This document shows, one piece after another, positions 1-9,975 of a stretch of 64,000 nt of DNA (its first letter is position 1; the number at the start of each line of letters is the position of its first letter). The stretch covers positions 1,582-65,581 of the IMG/VR virus record IMGVR_UViG_3300036841_000085; one strand, given 5' to 3'. Both the position numbers and the translations under genes were made by a program. This stretch comes from a virus. Taxonomy: Duplodnaviria > Caudoviricetes. The notes beneath the pieces were generated by a model that worked only from the letters and a program-made list of their open reading frames with translations, did not search any database and was not told where the DNA came from.

Positions 1-362
1 CGGCGCCGGGGCTGTCCAGGCGGCCAAGGAAGCCATGGCTCGCCTGCAGGCGGCCAAGGAGCCCACCACGACGGCGGCCGCTCCGGTGGCCGTCCCGGAG
101 GCCCCGGAGAGCATGGCCATCTTCGACCAGGACGGCAAGATGATCAACGAGCGCCGCTACCGCGAACTGTTCGGTGAGGATGCGGCGTAAGCCGCAGCCC
201 GCCACCAACTGAGAGAGGATTCGACCAATGACCCGAGTGACCCAAGCGATGCTGGCAGTCTCCCTGCTGGCATTCACCCTGTCGCCCTTCCGGGCGATCG
301 AGCCAGAGCCCATCCGGGTCAGTGGCCGAAACCACCCGCACCACCTGGTCGCCGGCGCCCGA

Positions 363-392
363 TTGCCGGCGGCACTCGACCTGTGATAAAAT
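363..392 (+). promoter_or_regulatory. sigma70-type promoter (TTGCCG-N18-TAAAAT, extended -10 TGTG)
   Basis: ttgccg at 363, tgtgataaaat at 382-392, followed by CAGGAGAAAC ribosome-binding motif. Confidence 0.6.
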
Positions 393-467
393 CGACGACT
401 GCAGGAGAAACGCGATGATACAAGACAGCGACCCACCGACCTTCCGCCCGCCAACCAGGAGAAACCC

Positions 468-668
468 ATGGCACAACTAAGCCCAACAGAGCGCCACCAG
501 GTCGAACAAGCCCTGGGCGTGCTCGCCAGCGTCAGGAGCGACCTGCTCAACGTTGAAGAGACCCCGGCGTCTACCTTCCGCCACATCGACGCGGTCATCG
601 ACGAGATCCGCAAAGCAACCAGCCTGGACGATGACCAGGCCGACTACCAGGACGACGAGCCCTTCTGA
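468..668 (+). CDS. hypothetical protein
   Basis: AGGAGAAAC RBS; TGATG coupling to next gene. Confidence 0.75.
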   Translation: MAQLSPTERHQVEQALGVLASVRSDLLNVEETPASTFRHIDAVIDEIRKATSLDDDQADYQDDEPF

Positions 669-1039
669 TGCTGCTCCACATACCCGACCTGACCGAGTCC
701 AAGTCCTGGGCGTGCCCTGAATGCTCAGCGACCCAGGACGACGAGCCCGACACCGACACCATCTACGAGTGCGGCAACTGCGGCAACTCATTCTCCCGCG
801 AGCAGAACGAAGGCACCAACCTCTGCCCTGACTGCCGCCACCGCGCCGCCACCAGGGAAAAGGGACCTGTCTGCCCGGAGTGCGGCGGTGGCATCATGGA
901 AGAGCAGACCTGCGACGGCTGCCCGGACTGTGACTGGAAGGGCGAGCCCGACGTGACCGACGCCCAGGCGTACCTCAAGCACTACCTGGAAGAGCACGCC
1001 GACGACATCGAAATCACAGAGGAAAAGGAAGATGCCTAG
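668..1039 (+). CDS. multi-CxxC zinc-ribbon protein
   Basis: Five CxxC motifs (CPEC, CGNC, CPDC, CPEC, CPDC). Confidence 0.75.
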   Translation: MLLHIPDLTESKSWACPECSATQDDEPDTDTIYECGNCGNSFSREQNEGTNLCPDCRHRAATREKGPVCPECGGGIMEEQTCDGCPDCDWKGEPDVTDAQAYLKHYLEEHADDIEITEEKEDA

Positions 1040-1403
1040 CCAACGCGAAACAGCCACCAGGGTCTACCAGACCCTGCGTGGCGGAGCCCTGGCAGCCGAC
1101 GCAGCCCCAGGCCAGTACACGCCACTGCAGCGAGCCCTGGCGCACGCCCAGGCAGTCGGCGCGGCCAAGGTGCTGCTGGCGCTGTCGGTCGACGGCTCAG
1201 CCCACTGGCTGGCCACCGAGCACCAGGCCGTGGTCAGCCTGAAAGAACGGGTCGAGATCCAGCTGGCCGGCGTCGAACTCGCCCTGGCTGACATGCCACG
1301 AGAGGCATCTCCGGAGCCCACCGGACGCGTCAAGCCCGGAACCCCTGAATATAGCTTGACGACGGCCAACACGCCAGGAGACGCTCCGGAGGGGCTCTCC
1401 TGA
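1032..1403 (+). CDS. hypothetical protein
   Basis: Overlapping operon arrangement. Confidence 0.65.
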   Translation: MPSQRETATRVYQTLRGGALAADAAPGQYTPLQRALAHAQAVGAAKVLLALSVDGSAHWLATEHQAVVSLKERVEIQLAGVELALADMPREASPEPTGRVKPGTPEYSLTTANTPGDAPEGLS

Positions 1404-1840
1404 TGCCTCTCGTCCAGATCGACCACCTGGAGCCCGCCCAGGCCGAGACCACCGCCATGGCCATGCTGCGGGAAGCCAGCGCCGGCGCCCTGGAAGCAGC
1501 CAGCTTGCTGGCCACCCACGACAAGGCCGGCTTCCACCAGGCTATGCAAGCGCTGGTCTCCAAGCTACACACCGTCAGCGAATATGGCAAGGTGGCTTTC
1601 CTGCGTCCAGACGTGACGCCCGAGTGGGTGGTGATGGCCTACATCCAGCACTACCCGGTCGGCTACTGGCACCCGCTGTTCACCGTCAGCCACGCGGCGA
1701 TGGGTATCGACCCACGCATCAGCGATGCCCAAATCATGACCGCCCTGACCCAGTTGACCAGCCAGGGCTACCTCAAAATGAGCCACCGTGGTGGTGGCCG
1801 AGCCCAGTATCAATGGCAAGGGAGAAAATATGCCAACTGA
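1403..1840 (+). CDS. hypothetical protein, possible C-terminal winged helix
   Basis: TGATG coupling; C-terminus ALTQLTSQGYLKMS...YQW resembles wHTH. Confidence 0.6.
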   Translation: MPLVQIDHLEPAQAETTAMAMLREASAGALEAASLLATHDKAGFHQAMQALVSKLHTVSEYGKVAFLRPDVTPEWVVMAYIQHYPVGYWHPLFTVSHAAMGIDPRISDAQIMTALTQLTSQGYLKMSHRGGGRAQYQWQGRKYAN

Positions 1841-2330
1841 CCACGACGACTACCGCTCCGGCGAGTGCGCCGGCTGCGGCAACACCATCTGGGAGGGTCA
1901 GTTCTACCAGGACGACGCCGGCCAGCGCTACCATCTGCAGTGCCAGCCTGGGACCACGCCGCCGCCCGTCGAAATCACGGTCGAACAGCTGATGGGCATG
2001 GCATTCCCGGCGCCCATCAAGTGCGCCAACCATTGCGACCACGGCTGCGAGATCCCGCTGCAGCCGGGCGACAACTGGGTCAAGGTGGCGCTGGCCGAAG
2101 GCTGGACTGTCATGCGCTGGACCACCGACCACAACTCCATCGACCCTGGCCACAACGACCACGTTATGGCATTCTGCGACCCTGGCTGCGCCTACACCCA
2201 CATGCGAGCCCGGATGCTGATCGACGATCACTGGCGACCGCTACTCAGTCGGATGGACTGGGACGCCATGGCCAAGGGTGACGAGATCCTGGAAGCCCGC
2301 GAGCAGCACACCCACGAGCATGGGCACTGA
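1830..2330 (+). CDS. Cys/His-rich hypothetical protein
   Basis: GGGAG RBS before ATG 1830; CAGC...YHLQC motif. Confidence 0.65.
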   Translation: MPTDHDDYRSGECAGCGNTIWEGQFYQDDAGQRYHLQCQPGTTPPPVEITVEQLMGMAFPAPIKCANHCDHGCEIPLQPGDNWVKVALAEGWTVMRWTTDHNSIDPGHNDHVMAFCDPGCAYTHMRARMLIDDHWRPLLSRMDWDAMAKGDEILEAREQHTHEHGH

Positions 2331-2482
2331 CCTGACGCCCGGTCAGCGCCTGGTCTGCCCCGTCTGCAACGCCGCCACCCTAATCAAGTGGCGGCCCAGG
2401 CGCCGCACCATACGCTGCCAGGGCTGCCAGGCCATCATCGCCATGCGTGCCAACGACGACGACCCCGGCCGCGCCGTGAAGA

Positions 2483-2537
2483 TTAACTAATTCTTAACAC
2501 CTGGCTAACCCGCGTTTACCCATCCATGTGATTTACT
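2483..2537 (+). promoter_or_regulatory. phased-YTAAY promoter 1 (leaderless)
   Basis: TTAAC 2483, TTAAC 2494, CTAAC 2505; TGTGATTTACT 2527-2537; ATG at 2544. Confidence 0.8.
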
Positions 2538-2543
2538 TTGGGT

Positions 2544-2771
2544 ATGGCAATCAACACCACCACCCGCAACCGAGTCGCCCAGGCCGCCGCTGGCCTGCCC
2601 ACCCTCCAGGCTTGGATCGACGCCGTCAGCGCAATCAGCCCGGAGGCCGCCCAAACCGTCGAAGGCATCTACTGCGGTCGCGATGGCCGGGGCTCGTTCG
2701 AGTTCGGCCCGAAGAACTACATCGTGGTCGGCTGGCACGACGGCCGCGTCGAGTACTCGTATGTCAGCTGA
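2544..2771 (+). CDS. hypothetical protein
   Basis: Directly downstream of promoter 1. Confidence 0.7.
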   Translation: MAINTTTRNRVAQAAAGLPTLQAWIDAVSAISPEAAQTVEGIYCGRDGRGSFEFGPKNYIVVGWHDGRVEYSYVS

Positions 2772-2956
2772 CCGCCTGGTCCATTGGAGCAGCACCCCGG
2801 CGGGTGCCTGCTCCCGTAAGGATTCCGGCCAGGACGCCCTGGTCGTGAGCCCGCAGATCACCTACCCTGGCGTGGCCGACTGGCCCGGTAACGTGACCTG
2901 CCCGACCTGCTGCCGCGTCATCCGCCAGGAGCGCCGCGCCAGGAGACAGCCAAGTG

Positions 2957-3020
2957 TTAACGGTAGTTAATCAGATGTTTACTGCCGTTTTACCACTCCA
3001 GGCCCACGGTGTGATTTAAT
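2957..3020 (+). promoter_or_regulatory. phased-YTAAY promoter 2
   Basis: TTAAC 2957, TTAAT 2967, TTTAC 2978, TTTAC 2989; TGTGATTTAAT 3010-3020. Confidence 0.8.
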
Positions 3021-3039
3021 CGTAGATGGAAAGCGAGAC

Positions 3040-3459
3040 ATGATGACCACGAAGATCGCCAGCGACGGCACCATCCGCCTGGACCTGACCAAGCGCCAGA
3101 CCACCGAGATTTGGTGCAGCGAGTACGACACCGCCTACGACCCAGGCTGCAGCGACGAGCACAACCTGCTGGCCGACCAACTCAAGGCCGGCACCGACCT
3201 GCCCAATCGCGGCCTGCGAGTGGCGCTCACGCCCGAGACCCTGCTCTACCTGGCAGAGAACATCCACTACCACATCGACCGCACGGCCAGCAACCTGGGC
3301 AGCACCAGCCCCAAGTACGACTGGGACAACTGGTCTAGCCTGGGCGCTGACCTGGCCGCCCTAAAGGGGCTCGACCAGCGGGTCAAGCGCATGTGCCGCG
3401 AGCTTGGCCTGCGCTACAAGGTCTGGTCATTCACCAAAGGCATGCACTATGCCGACTAG
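3040..3459 (+). CDS. hypothetical protein
   Basis: Downstream of promoter 2 with AAGCGAGA leader. Confidence 0.75.
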   Translation: MMTTKIASDGTIRLDLTKRQTTEIWCSEYDTAYDPGCSDEHNLLADQLKAGTDLPNRGLRVALTPETLLYLAENIHYHIDRTASNLGSTSPKYDWDNWSSLGADLAALKGLDQRVKRMCRELGLRYKVWSFTKGMHYAD

Positions 3460-3781
3460 CTGGCACGAGACCGAGCTACCAGGACACTGGGAATCGGCCC
3501 ACCACCGCGCCATCCGACGCAACATGGAGCAGGACATCATCCTGCTCCTGGTCTGGCGCAAGGATGACAAGCCGCTAGGCTCTGAGCACTTCTCTGTCAT
3601 GCAGTCAGCCAAGAACGCCCTGGTGGGTCGCGAGTACTATGGCTTTGAGGTCTACCCGGCCGAGAGCGAGCTACGCGACCGAGCCAACGTCTACTGGATG
3701 CATGTTTGCCCCAGGCCGAACGAAAAGCCGGACTGGGTGCGACCACAACGCAGGAGCGTAACCAATGGACTACCCAACTAA
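3449..3781 (+). CDS. conserved phage hypothetical protein
   Basis: MQSAKNALVG...EVYPAESELRDRANVYWMH motif typical of a widespread small phage protein family. Confidence 0.7.
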   Translation: MPTSWHETELPGHWESAHHRAIRRNMEQDIILLLVWRKDDKPLGSEHFSVMQSAKNALVGREYYGFEVYPAESELRDRANVYWMHVCPRPNEKPDWVRPQRRSVTNGLPN

Positions 3782-4334
3782 CCTGACCAGGGCGACGGCC
3801 GAGAACATGCTGGACGACGCCCAGCCCGGCCAGTACGTCCTGGCCACCTTCCCAGGCCGCGTCTGGATTCACTCCATCCGCCTGGACGCCAAGCAGCTGC
3901 CCAGGACCTACTGCGGCGTGCCTATTGGCGTGATCGGCAAATGGTCCCAGCAAGGATTCGGCACGGCCGACCAGGTAACCTGCGTGACCTGCTCGTCCGG
4001 CATCGCCAAGACCGAGCACGGCGAGTACATCAAGAGAGGCATTCCGGAGACCAAGGAAAGGCCATCTCGTCCTGCGGCGGTATGCTTCGCCGTCCTGGAC
4101 GACAGACGTGTTCCGAGTGCCACCGGACGCCACGTGCCAAATGTGCTCAAGAGCAACTACCACGGCGAGCCAGTCTCGCCATTCTGCACCTGGTGCGGCG
4201 CCAGCCTGACCGACCAGGAGCAGGCCGACGCCCAGGCTACCCGAGCCCTAGACGACTCGACCGTCCTGGTCGTGCGTGACGGCGACGTGGTGGTGACCAC
4301 CACCGGCGACACCGACGGTGTTAACGCTGATTAA
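3765..4334 (+). CDS. zinc-finger protein (H-xn-CG-xn-CxxC)
   Basis: HSIR...RTYCGVP...VTCVTC and CTWC. Confidence 0.7.
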   Translation: MDYPTNLTRATAENMLDDAQPGQYVLATFPGRVWIHSIRLDAKQLPRTYCGVPIGVIGKWSQQGFGTADQVTCVTCSSGIAKTEHGEYIKRGIPETKERPSRPAAVCFAVLDDRRVPSATGRHVPNVLKSNYHGEPVSPFCTWCGASLTDQEQADAQATRALDDSTVLVVRDGDVVVTTTGDTDGVNAD

Positions 4335-4384
4335 TCAACTGTTTACAGCCAGGTAACCCACTCCCGCCTCCGGTCTGATTTACT
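4321..4384 (+). promoter_or_regulatory. phased-YTAAY promoter 3 (leaderless)
   Basis: TTAAC 4321, TTAAT 4331, TTTAC 4342, GTAAC 4353; TGATTTACT; ATG at 4391. Confidence 0.8.
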
Positions 4385-4390
4385 TACGTC

Positions 4391-4579
4391 ATGGCACAGC
4401 CCACCACCGCCGCTCAGAAGCCCTGCTTCTACGGCCACCCCACTCATGCGGCGGATTACCGCCTCACCTATCGGCTCGCCGGGGCGAGCACCAATACCAA
4501 CTACTACCTGTGCGCGGAGCACCGCCCATCGTTCAGCCAGGACAACCTGGTCAAGGTCACGGCTCTTCGGAGCCGCTGA
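4391..4579 (+). CDS. small Cys/His protein
   Basis: Leaderless start after promoter 3; LCAEH motif. Confidence 0.7.
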   Translation: MAQPTTAAQKPCFYGHPTHAADYRLTYRLAGASTNTNYYLCAEHRPSFSQDNLVKVTALRSR

Positions 4580-4633
4580 CCCACTTGTGGGCTGAGCGAT
4601 CCGTCTGATAAACTCACCGTAGGAGAAACACCG

Positions 4634-5638
4634 ATGTCACCCACGATCGTCAAAGATCCGAAGCGCGAACAGTGCCAGCTATGTGGCAAAGAGGTCGCGC
4701 TGTTGCCCAACGGCAAGCTGCGCTATCATAGCTGCCAGCCGCAGCCATTACCCGAGAAGGAGGCCGAACCAGTGGCCGCAGCATCCACACCCGTACCCAC
4801 CGATCAGCCGGTCCCGCCCGAGCCCGACGACGACGACCAACCAGAGGCACCCGACGCCCCAGGCGCCGGCGAAGAGAGCCAGGACGACGACCCGGACGCC
4901 GGCGAAGAGTCGCAGGACGACGAGTCGGGCGAAGAGAGCCAGGAGCCAGCCGAAGAGGAAATCACCCTGGCAGGCCGCACCGTAGAGGATGCCGCCCCGG
5001 CCAAGCCAAAGGCCGAGCGCAAACCCAAGGAGCCCAAGGTGCCGACCGAGCCCAAGGTGCCTGAGTCAGTGCTCAAGGCTCGCGCCGAGCGGCAGGCCAT
5101 GATCGACCGCGCCAAGCCCATGACCAAGCTGAACGGCACCGGCGACAACGTGCGGGTCACCCTGCACATGTACGACCCGGAGGCCGACCGCACGCTCTGT
5201 GGCGCCGTGGTGCCTGGCAACGAAGAGGCACAGCATGCCCAGGGCTGGTACCTGGACGGAGCGCCGGTCAGCAAGGAACAGGCCGACGCCGCCACCAGCT
5301 GCAACACCTGCCAGGCACGCATGGCCAAGCTGAATGCAGGTGGCTCGATCCGCCGCCGCGTGGCCAGGAAGCCAGGCGATGTGGAGATCGGTACGCCGGT
5401 GGTCAAGGGCAGCAAGGATGGCACCGGCCAGGTTCACCTGACCAACGCCGCGTCCAGCAATCCAGTGCGCACGTTGTGCGGCGCCATCATCGGCACCGAG
5501 CAGGACGGCTGGATCCCGGCCGAAGATCCTGGCGTGGAAGTGGGCTGCCCGACCTGCCGCGCCAGGGAAGCCAAGATAGTGGCCGCCCAAGAGACCGACG
5601 CGGCCGTCGCGGAGGCCAGCGAAGCCGCCGCAGCTTAG
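4634..5638 (+). CDS. acidic-linker protein with three zinc fingers
   Basis: N-terminal CQLC...RYH finger, acidic repeats (AGEESQDD), two H...RTLCGA...CxTC fingers; own promoter TGATAAACT and AGGAGAAAC RBS. Confidence 0.85.
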   Translation: MSPTIVKDPKREQCQLCGKEVALLPNGKLRYHSCQPQPLPEKEAEPVAAASTPVPTDQPVPPEPDDDDQPEAPDAPGAGEESQDDDPDAGEESQDDESGEESQEPAEEEITLAGRTVEDAAPAKPKAERKPKEPKVPTEPKVPESVLKARAERQAMIDRAKPMTKLNGTGDNVRVTLHMYDPEADRTLCGAVVPGNEEAQHAQGWYLDGAPVSKEQADAATSCNTCQARMAKLNAGGSIRRRVARKPGDVEIGTPVVKGSKDGTGQVHLTNAASSNPVRTLCGAIIGTEQDGWIPAEDPGVEVGCPTCRAREAKIVAAQETDAAVAEASEAAAA

Positions 5639-5660
5639 TCTGATCGTCTCTCGCTTCCGC

Positions 5661-5700
5661 CCACGGCCCGCCCAGGACTGGTCATCCAGGCGGGCCGTGG
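5661..5700 (+). terminator. GC-rich hairpin, probable terminator
   Basis: CCACGGCCCGCC / GGCGGGCCGTGG 12-bp stem just after stop 5638; no U-tract. Confidence 0.5.
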
Positions 5701-5953
5701 TGTGCCCTGGAGACCTGCACTCATGCCAGAGCCACACCCGCTCGTCCTGGCTGCCTGCCAACGCTGCGGCCTGGTCATCCACCTGTTCACGTCGAGTCCG
5801 CTAGTTGACCTGGGCTGGGCATTCAGCGAATGGTACGGCTGGCGCTGCCCGCCATGCATGGCACTGATCGACGACTCGCCGCCGCGTCACCCTCTCGGAC
5901 GCCCACGCTTGCATCGCGGTACATCGATCTGATAAACTGAACTCCGGAGAAGC

Positions 5954-6436
5954 ATGCTTTATCTTCCTTGCCACATCTGGACGGGTGACCACCTGGCCGC
6001 TGGCTACGGCCGCATCACCATGCTTGACCCGGAGACAGGCAGACGCCGTCAATACCGCGTGTCCCACCTGATGGTGACCGAATGGTACGGCGTCGTACCC
6101 GACCTGGTCATGCATCTGTGCGACACGCCAGCTTGCTGGGAGCCCAGCCACCTACGATCAGCCACCGACGCCCAAAACACGGCCGACATGATCGCCAAGG
6201 GACGCTATCGCAACGGGCAATCACTCAAGACGCACTGCCCGGCCGGCCACCCATACGACGAGCTAAACACCAGGCTGACCAGGACCGGTGGGCGGGCGTG
6301 CCGTGCCTGCGCCAGGGCTCGCCAGCACAACCGTACCCACCGAACTAGTCTTAATCAAGCGTTAACACCGAGTTATTCACTCGGTAACCGTCCGTGTGAT
6401 TTAATTGTTGGTGGAAACGAGAGGAACACCCAATGA
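5954..6436 (+). CDS. HNH endonuclease with C-terminal Zn domain
   Basis: GYG..., VMHLCDTPACWEPSHL...QNTADM, KTHCPAGHPY...CRAC. Confidence 0.85.
   Translation: MLYLPCHIWTGDHLAAGYGRITMLDPETGRRRQYRVSHLMVTEWYGVVPDLVMHLCDTPACWEPSHLRSATDAQNTADMIAKGRYRNGQSLKTHCPAGHPYDELNTRLTRTGGRACRACARARQHNRTHRTSLNQALTPSYSLGNRPCDLIVGGNERNTQ
6351..6405 (+). promoter_or_regulatory. phased-YTAAY promoter 4
   Basis: TTAAT 6351, TTAAC 6362, TTATT 6373, GTAAC 6384; TGTGATTTAAT 6395-6405. Confidence 0.8.
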
Positions 6437-7551
6437 CCACCACCAACCAGTCAGCAGCCGACATCAGTGCCGAAACGCTCGACATGCTGAAGAAGTTATA
6501 CGACCGCAGCAAGCGCAGCGACAGCCACCTGGACACGCAGGCCGCCCGCGAGAGCGCCGAGCAGGAGGCCGCCCAGGCAGCCGAAATGCTCAGCCGACTG
6601 CTGGACAAGTACGGCCTGGCGCTGGCCGACGTAGACAGCAAGGGCAACAGCCACCAGATCAGCGCCGGTCACGTCCAGGAGCGCACCATCGATTTCGGCA
6701 AATCCAACTTCGCCTGGAAGATCGACCTGGCCAAGGCAGTGATCAAGCACAACAACTGCCAGATCCTCAAAGAGATCTACAGCCGCAACAAGATCAGTGG
6801 ATTCGTCCTGGTCGGCCTGACGCTGCACGTCGACGCCACCATGATGATGCTTGAATGGCTGTTCGCGCAGATCAAGGCCATCGCCAGCGCCGACTACAAG
6901 TCGTACAAGGCCGAGCACCCCAGCAAGTACGACCACATCGACCCGCTGCGCTGGCACACCAGCTTCGGCAAGGGCGCCGGCCAGCGCCTGGCATACCGCC
7001 TGCAAGAAATGCGGGACCAGCAAGCCGCCGCAGCCGCTGCCGCTGCCAGAGAAGCCAACGGCGAAGGCCCGGTGGTGACGCTGGCCGTCAACATTGGCAC
7101 CGCCATCCGCGACTACCTGGAGACCAAGGAGCCCTGGCGCAAAGAGCGCCGAGAGGCCGACGAAGCCTGGACGCGCCGGCGCGACATGGCAGCCAAGCTG
7201 AACCGCATTCAGCCGCGTGCCTGGTCGGTCTGGCTGGCCTGGCAGCAGCCCATGGTGCAGCTGGCGATCCTGGCCGCGATGGGCCGCCAGATGGACACCG
7301 ACGCCAAGGCTCGCGCCGAGCAGGAGAAGGAATGGGCGAAGGAGGATGCCAAGCGAGCCGCCTACCAGGAGCGCTACTACCGCACGCACGGCCACTATCC
7401 TGGCGAAGGCCGACGCCGTGGCCGCACGGTGGTCGACAACACTGACTACACCGCGTTTGACGCCGGCTATGACCGAGCGTCCGGGATCAACATGACGCCC
7501 TACCTCAATGAAGGTAGCAAGGGCACAGCGCCAGGAGCGCTGGGGGAGTAA
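6433..7551 (+). CDS. DUF2786-like protein
   Basis: N-terminal LKKL...EAAQA...RLLDKYGL helix motif; C-terminal AFDAGYDRA. Confidence 0.7.
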   Translation: MTTTNQSAADISAETLDMLKKLYDRSKRSDSHLDTQAARESAEQEAAQAAEMLSRLLDKYGLALADVDSKGNSHQISAGHVQERTIDFGKSNFAWKIDLAKAVIKHNNCQILKEIYSRNKISGFVLVGLTLHVDATMMMLEWLFAQIKAIASADYKSYKAEHPSKYDHIDPLRWHTSFGKGAGQRLAYRLQEMRDQQAAAAAAAAREANGEGPVVTLAVNIGTAIRDYLETKEPWRKERREADEAWTRRRDMAAKLNRIQPRAWSVWLAWQQPMVQLAILAAMGRQMDTDAKARAEQEKEWAKEDAKRAAYQERYYRTHGHYPGEGRRRGRTVVDNTDYTAFDAGYDRASGINMTPYLNEGSKGTAPGALGE

Positions 7552-7553
7552 CC

Positions 7554-7850
7554 ATGGCAGAGGCCGTCTTTCGACTCGCAGACACCTTCCTGGTCAGGCA
7601 ACTGGCCAGGGAGACCACGGTCTGTTCGCACCAGGGCTGCCCGCACATCGGCCCGGTGCATCGCTACTGGTGGACGGAAGATCAGTGCGGCGATCCGCCG
7701 GCCGGCCTGGGCGCCTACTGCAGCCAGGAATGCTGGACAGCCGACCAGGTGGGACCGGCGCCCAGCACCAGGCCACGCCGCTGGGCTGAGCGCAGCACGC
7801 CAGGACAATGGGACAGGGAAGGCATCCGACATGATCCAGTGCGAGCATAA
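7554..7850 (+). CDS. Cys-rich hypothetical protein
   Basis: GGGGAG RBS; YCSQEC motif. Confidence 0.55.
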   Translation: MAEAVFRLADTFLVRQLARETTVCSHQGCPHIGPVHRYWWTEDQCGDPPAGLGAYCSQECWTADQVGPAPSTRPRRWAERSTPGQWDREGIRHDPVRA

Positions 7851-8196
7851 CGCCAACGGCGAGTTCGCCTCCGAGACCAACGACCAGGAGCCGGGCGAGC
7901 GCTGCTCGAACCCGGCCAGCGTGGTCATTCACTGGACACATCCAGACACGCCCGACCAGCCCAACATCGAGTACCGCTGCGTGATCGACTCGGCGCACAT
8001 CTTGCTGCTCATGGACGAGCTAGACGCCAACAGCATCGACTACAAGGTGTTTCACCTGGTCGACGTAACCTCCGCAGCGCTGGGCGCCGACACGTCGATC
8101 ATCGACATCTTCAACGGACCAGGCAACCTGGCCTACAAGATCACCTGGGACGCCAGCAACGACGCCTACGGCCAGATGGACGTGTACCGTGGCTGA
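7831..8196 (+). CDS. hypothetical protein
   Basis: Operon position, codon pattern. Confidence 0.65.
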   Translation: MIQCEHNANGEFASETNDQEPGERCSNPASVVIHWTHPDTPDQPNIEYRCVIDSAHILLLMDELDANSIDYKVFHLVDVTSAALGADTSIIDIFNGPGNLAYKITWDASNDAYGQMDVYRG

Positions 8197-8569
8197 TCCA
8201 AGCAAGCCCAGGTGCGCCTGCGGCGCCGTGGCCAGCAATCTGGTGGCGTACCTGCTACCAGGTGGCGACACGCCTAGTCTACTGCCCACGTGCGATGCCA
8301 ACGGCTGCCTGGAAGCAGCCAGGAAAGTGGCCGCCTGCGACGACCGCGCCACGATCACTCGCGTGCGCAACTCGGCCGCCCTGTTCTACAAGCCCAAGCC
8401 CAGCGGCCCGCCTGATCACGAGCCGCCCTATGTCTGCGCCGCGTGCCGAGCCCACAAGCACCAACACTGCCCTGACCAGGTGCCGATCCGCAAAGACGGC
8501 AAGCTAGTCATCGTCCAGTGCGATTGCCTGATGAATCAGCACGCTCTCGACCCAGCGGCCAAGTTGTAA
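8189..8569 (+). CDS. zinc-binding hypothetical protein
   Basis: CACG, CAAC...H..C, CDC motifs. Confidence 0.65.
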   Translation: MADPSKPRCACGAVASNLVAYLLPGGDTPSLLPTCDANGCLEAARKVAACDDRATITRVRNSAALFYKPKPSGPPDHEPPYVCAACRAHKHQHCPDQVPIRKDGKLVIVQCDCLMNQHALDPAAKL

Positions 8570-8686
8570 CGGGGCTGTAATGGTCAACACCGGCGAACCG
8601 GATTGCGCAGCGACGCGCCGGTGTGATAAAGTTCTTGATGCAGCGGCAGACAGGCCGCTAGCGAGCGACACAGGAGAAACAGTGAC

Positions 8687-9796
8687 ATGACCGCATCGAT
8701 TTTCGGCGACAGATTCGCCGCGTTCCGGGAGCCGGCCTGGCATGGCCTGGGCACCGTGTTCCAGGAGCGAATGAGCGCGACCGACGCCGCGCTACTGGCC
8801 AAGTTGGACTACCAGATTGAGCAGGTCGGCCCGCTGTACGTGCCCAAGCCCGTCTGGATCAACGGCGCCATGCAGCTGGACAAGACCGCCCTGGTCAAGG
8901 TTGAGGGTAAGGCTCTCTTCCGCCAGCCAGTGCCGGATGACGACGTGCTGCGCTACCTGGGCACCGTCAGCGACGGCTACGAGATCCTGCAGAACATGGA
9001 CATCGCCAAGGTGCTGGATCCCATCACCAGCGAGTTCCCGGTGGAGACCGCCGGCGCCCTGCACGCAGGTGAGACCGTCTTTTTCGCCCTGGACGCCGGC
9101 ACCGAGCAGATCATCAGCGGCGACGAAGAGGTACGCAAGTATTTCGTGGTGACCGACCGGCGCGACGGCGGCCACGCCCTGCGCTGCCTGTTCACGGCGG
9201 TACGGGTAGTCTGCCAGAACACGCTGTCGGCCGCCATGAGCGAAGCCAGCGTCAACATCGCCATCCATCACCGTAAGGGCGTCAAAGAGGAACTCGACTT
9301 CCAGATTCGCACACTGGGCGACATGAAGCGAGCGATGGACAAGACTATGGCCATCTTCCGTGCCATGGCTGAGCGCCAGGCCGCTGTCGAAGAGGTCGAG
9401 CAGATCCTCAAGGCCGCCTACCCTGAGCCGACCAAGCCGCGTAAGGTGGCCATGCGCGAAGGGCTCGAACTGGACATCACCGCTCTCAAAGCACAGGCCG
9501 ATGGTGGTGACCGCGTGGCCGAGCTTTTCCTGCAGTCGACTCGCCAGTACGAACTGGCTCGCGACCGCCAGGACCAGTACCGCGTCGGCGCCATGGAACT
9601 GTTCGAGCGCATGAACGACGAGCACCCCAAGGTCGCCAACACGGTATGGGCCGCCTACAACGCCGTGGTCGAGACAGAGGATTACCGCCGTGGCACGACC
9701 AACCAGCCCGGCGAGAGCGTCCTGGAATCGATCGTCTTTGGCGACCGCGCCAAGACCAAGGTCAAGGCATACCGCGCATCGGTGGCTCTGCTCTGA
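8687..9796 (+). CDS. DUF932-family phage/plasmid protein
   Basis: REPAWHGLGTV, YEILQN, ETAGAL, VRVVCQNTL, WAAYNAVVE motifs; sigma70 promoter TTGCGC-N18-TAAAGT upstream. Confidence 0.9.
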   Translation: MTASIFGDRFAAFREPAWHGLGTVFQERMSATDAALLAKLDYQIEQVGPLYVPKPVWINGAMQLDKTALVKVEGKALFRQPVPDDDVLRYLGTVSDGYEILQNMDIAKVLDPITSEFPVETAGALHAGETVFFALDAGTEQIISGDEEVRKYFVVTDRRDGGHALRCLFTAVRVVCQNTLSAAMSEASVNIAIHHRKGVKEELDFQIRTLGDMKRAMDKTMAIFRAMAERQAAVEEVEQILKAAYPEPTKPRKVAMREGLELDITALKAQADGGDRVAELFLQSTRQYELARDRQDQYRVGAMELFERMNDEHPKVANTVWAAYNAVVETEDYRRGTTNQPGESVLESIVFGDRAKTKVKAYRASVALL

Positions 9797-9975
9797 TGCC
9801 GTACGATGGGCGCAGCCAGCGACAGACCACTGACCGGTGCCCAGGGAGGATGCCCAGCCGCATCCTCCCGAATCGCTACGGTATCTGCGGTATCTGCGGT
9901 CAGAAGGTCGGCCTGACATTCACTGATCTACTCTGGAAACACGGCTATAAAATGGCGAAACAGGAGAAACGCTGA
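9796..9975 (+). CDS. small zinc-finger protein
   Basis: TGATG coupling at both ends; CGICG...LWKH. Confidence 0.55.
   Translation: MPYDGRSQRQTTDRCPGRMPSRILPNRYGICGICGQKVGLTFTDLLWKHGYKMAKQEKR

Noticed and set aside
8566-8632. Tenth YTAAY promoter upstream of the DUF932-like gene
   Set aside because: Only two GTAAY boxes, out of register with the others, and a normal TTGCGC -35 is present.
8792-9919. 375-aa minus-strand ORF and similar long shadow ORFs (6496-7395, 14101-15078, 26492-27490)
   Set aside because: Antisense shadows of well-supported genes in high-GC DNA, with no motifs or RBS.
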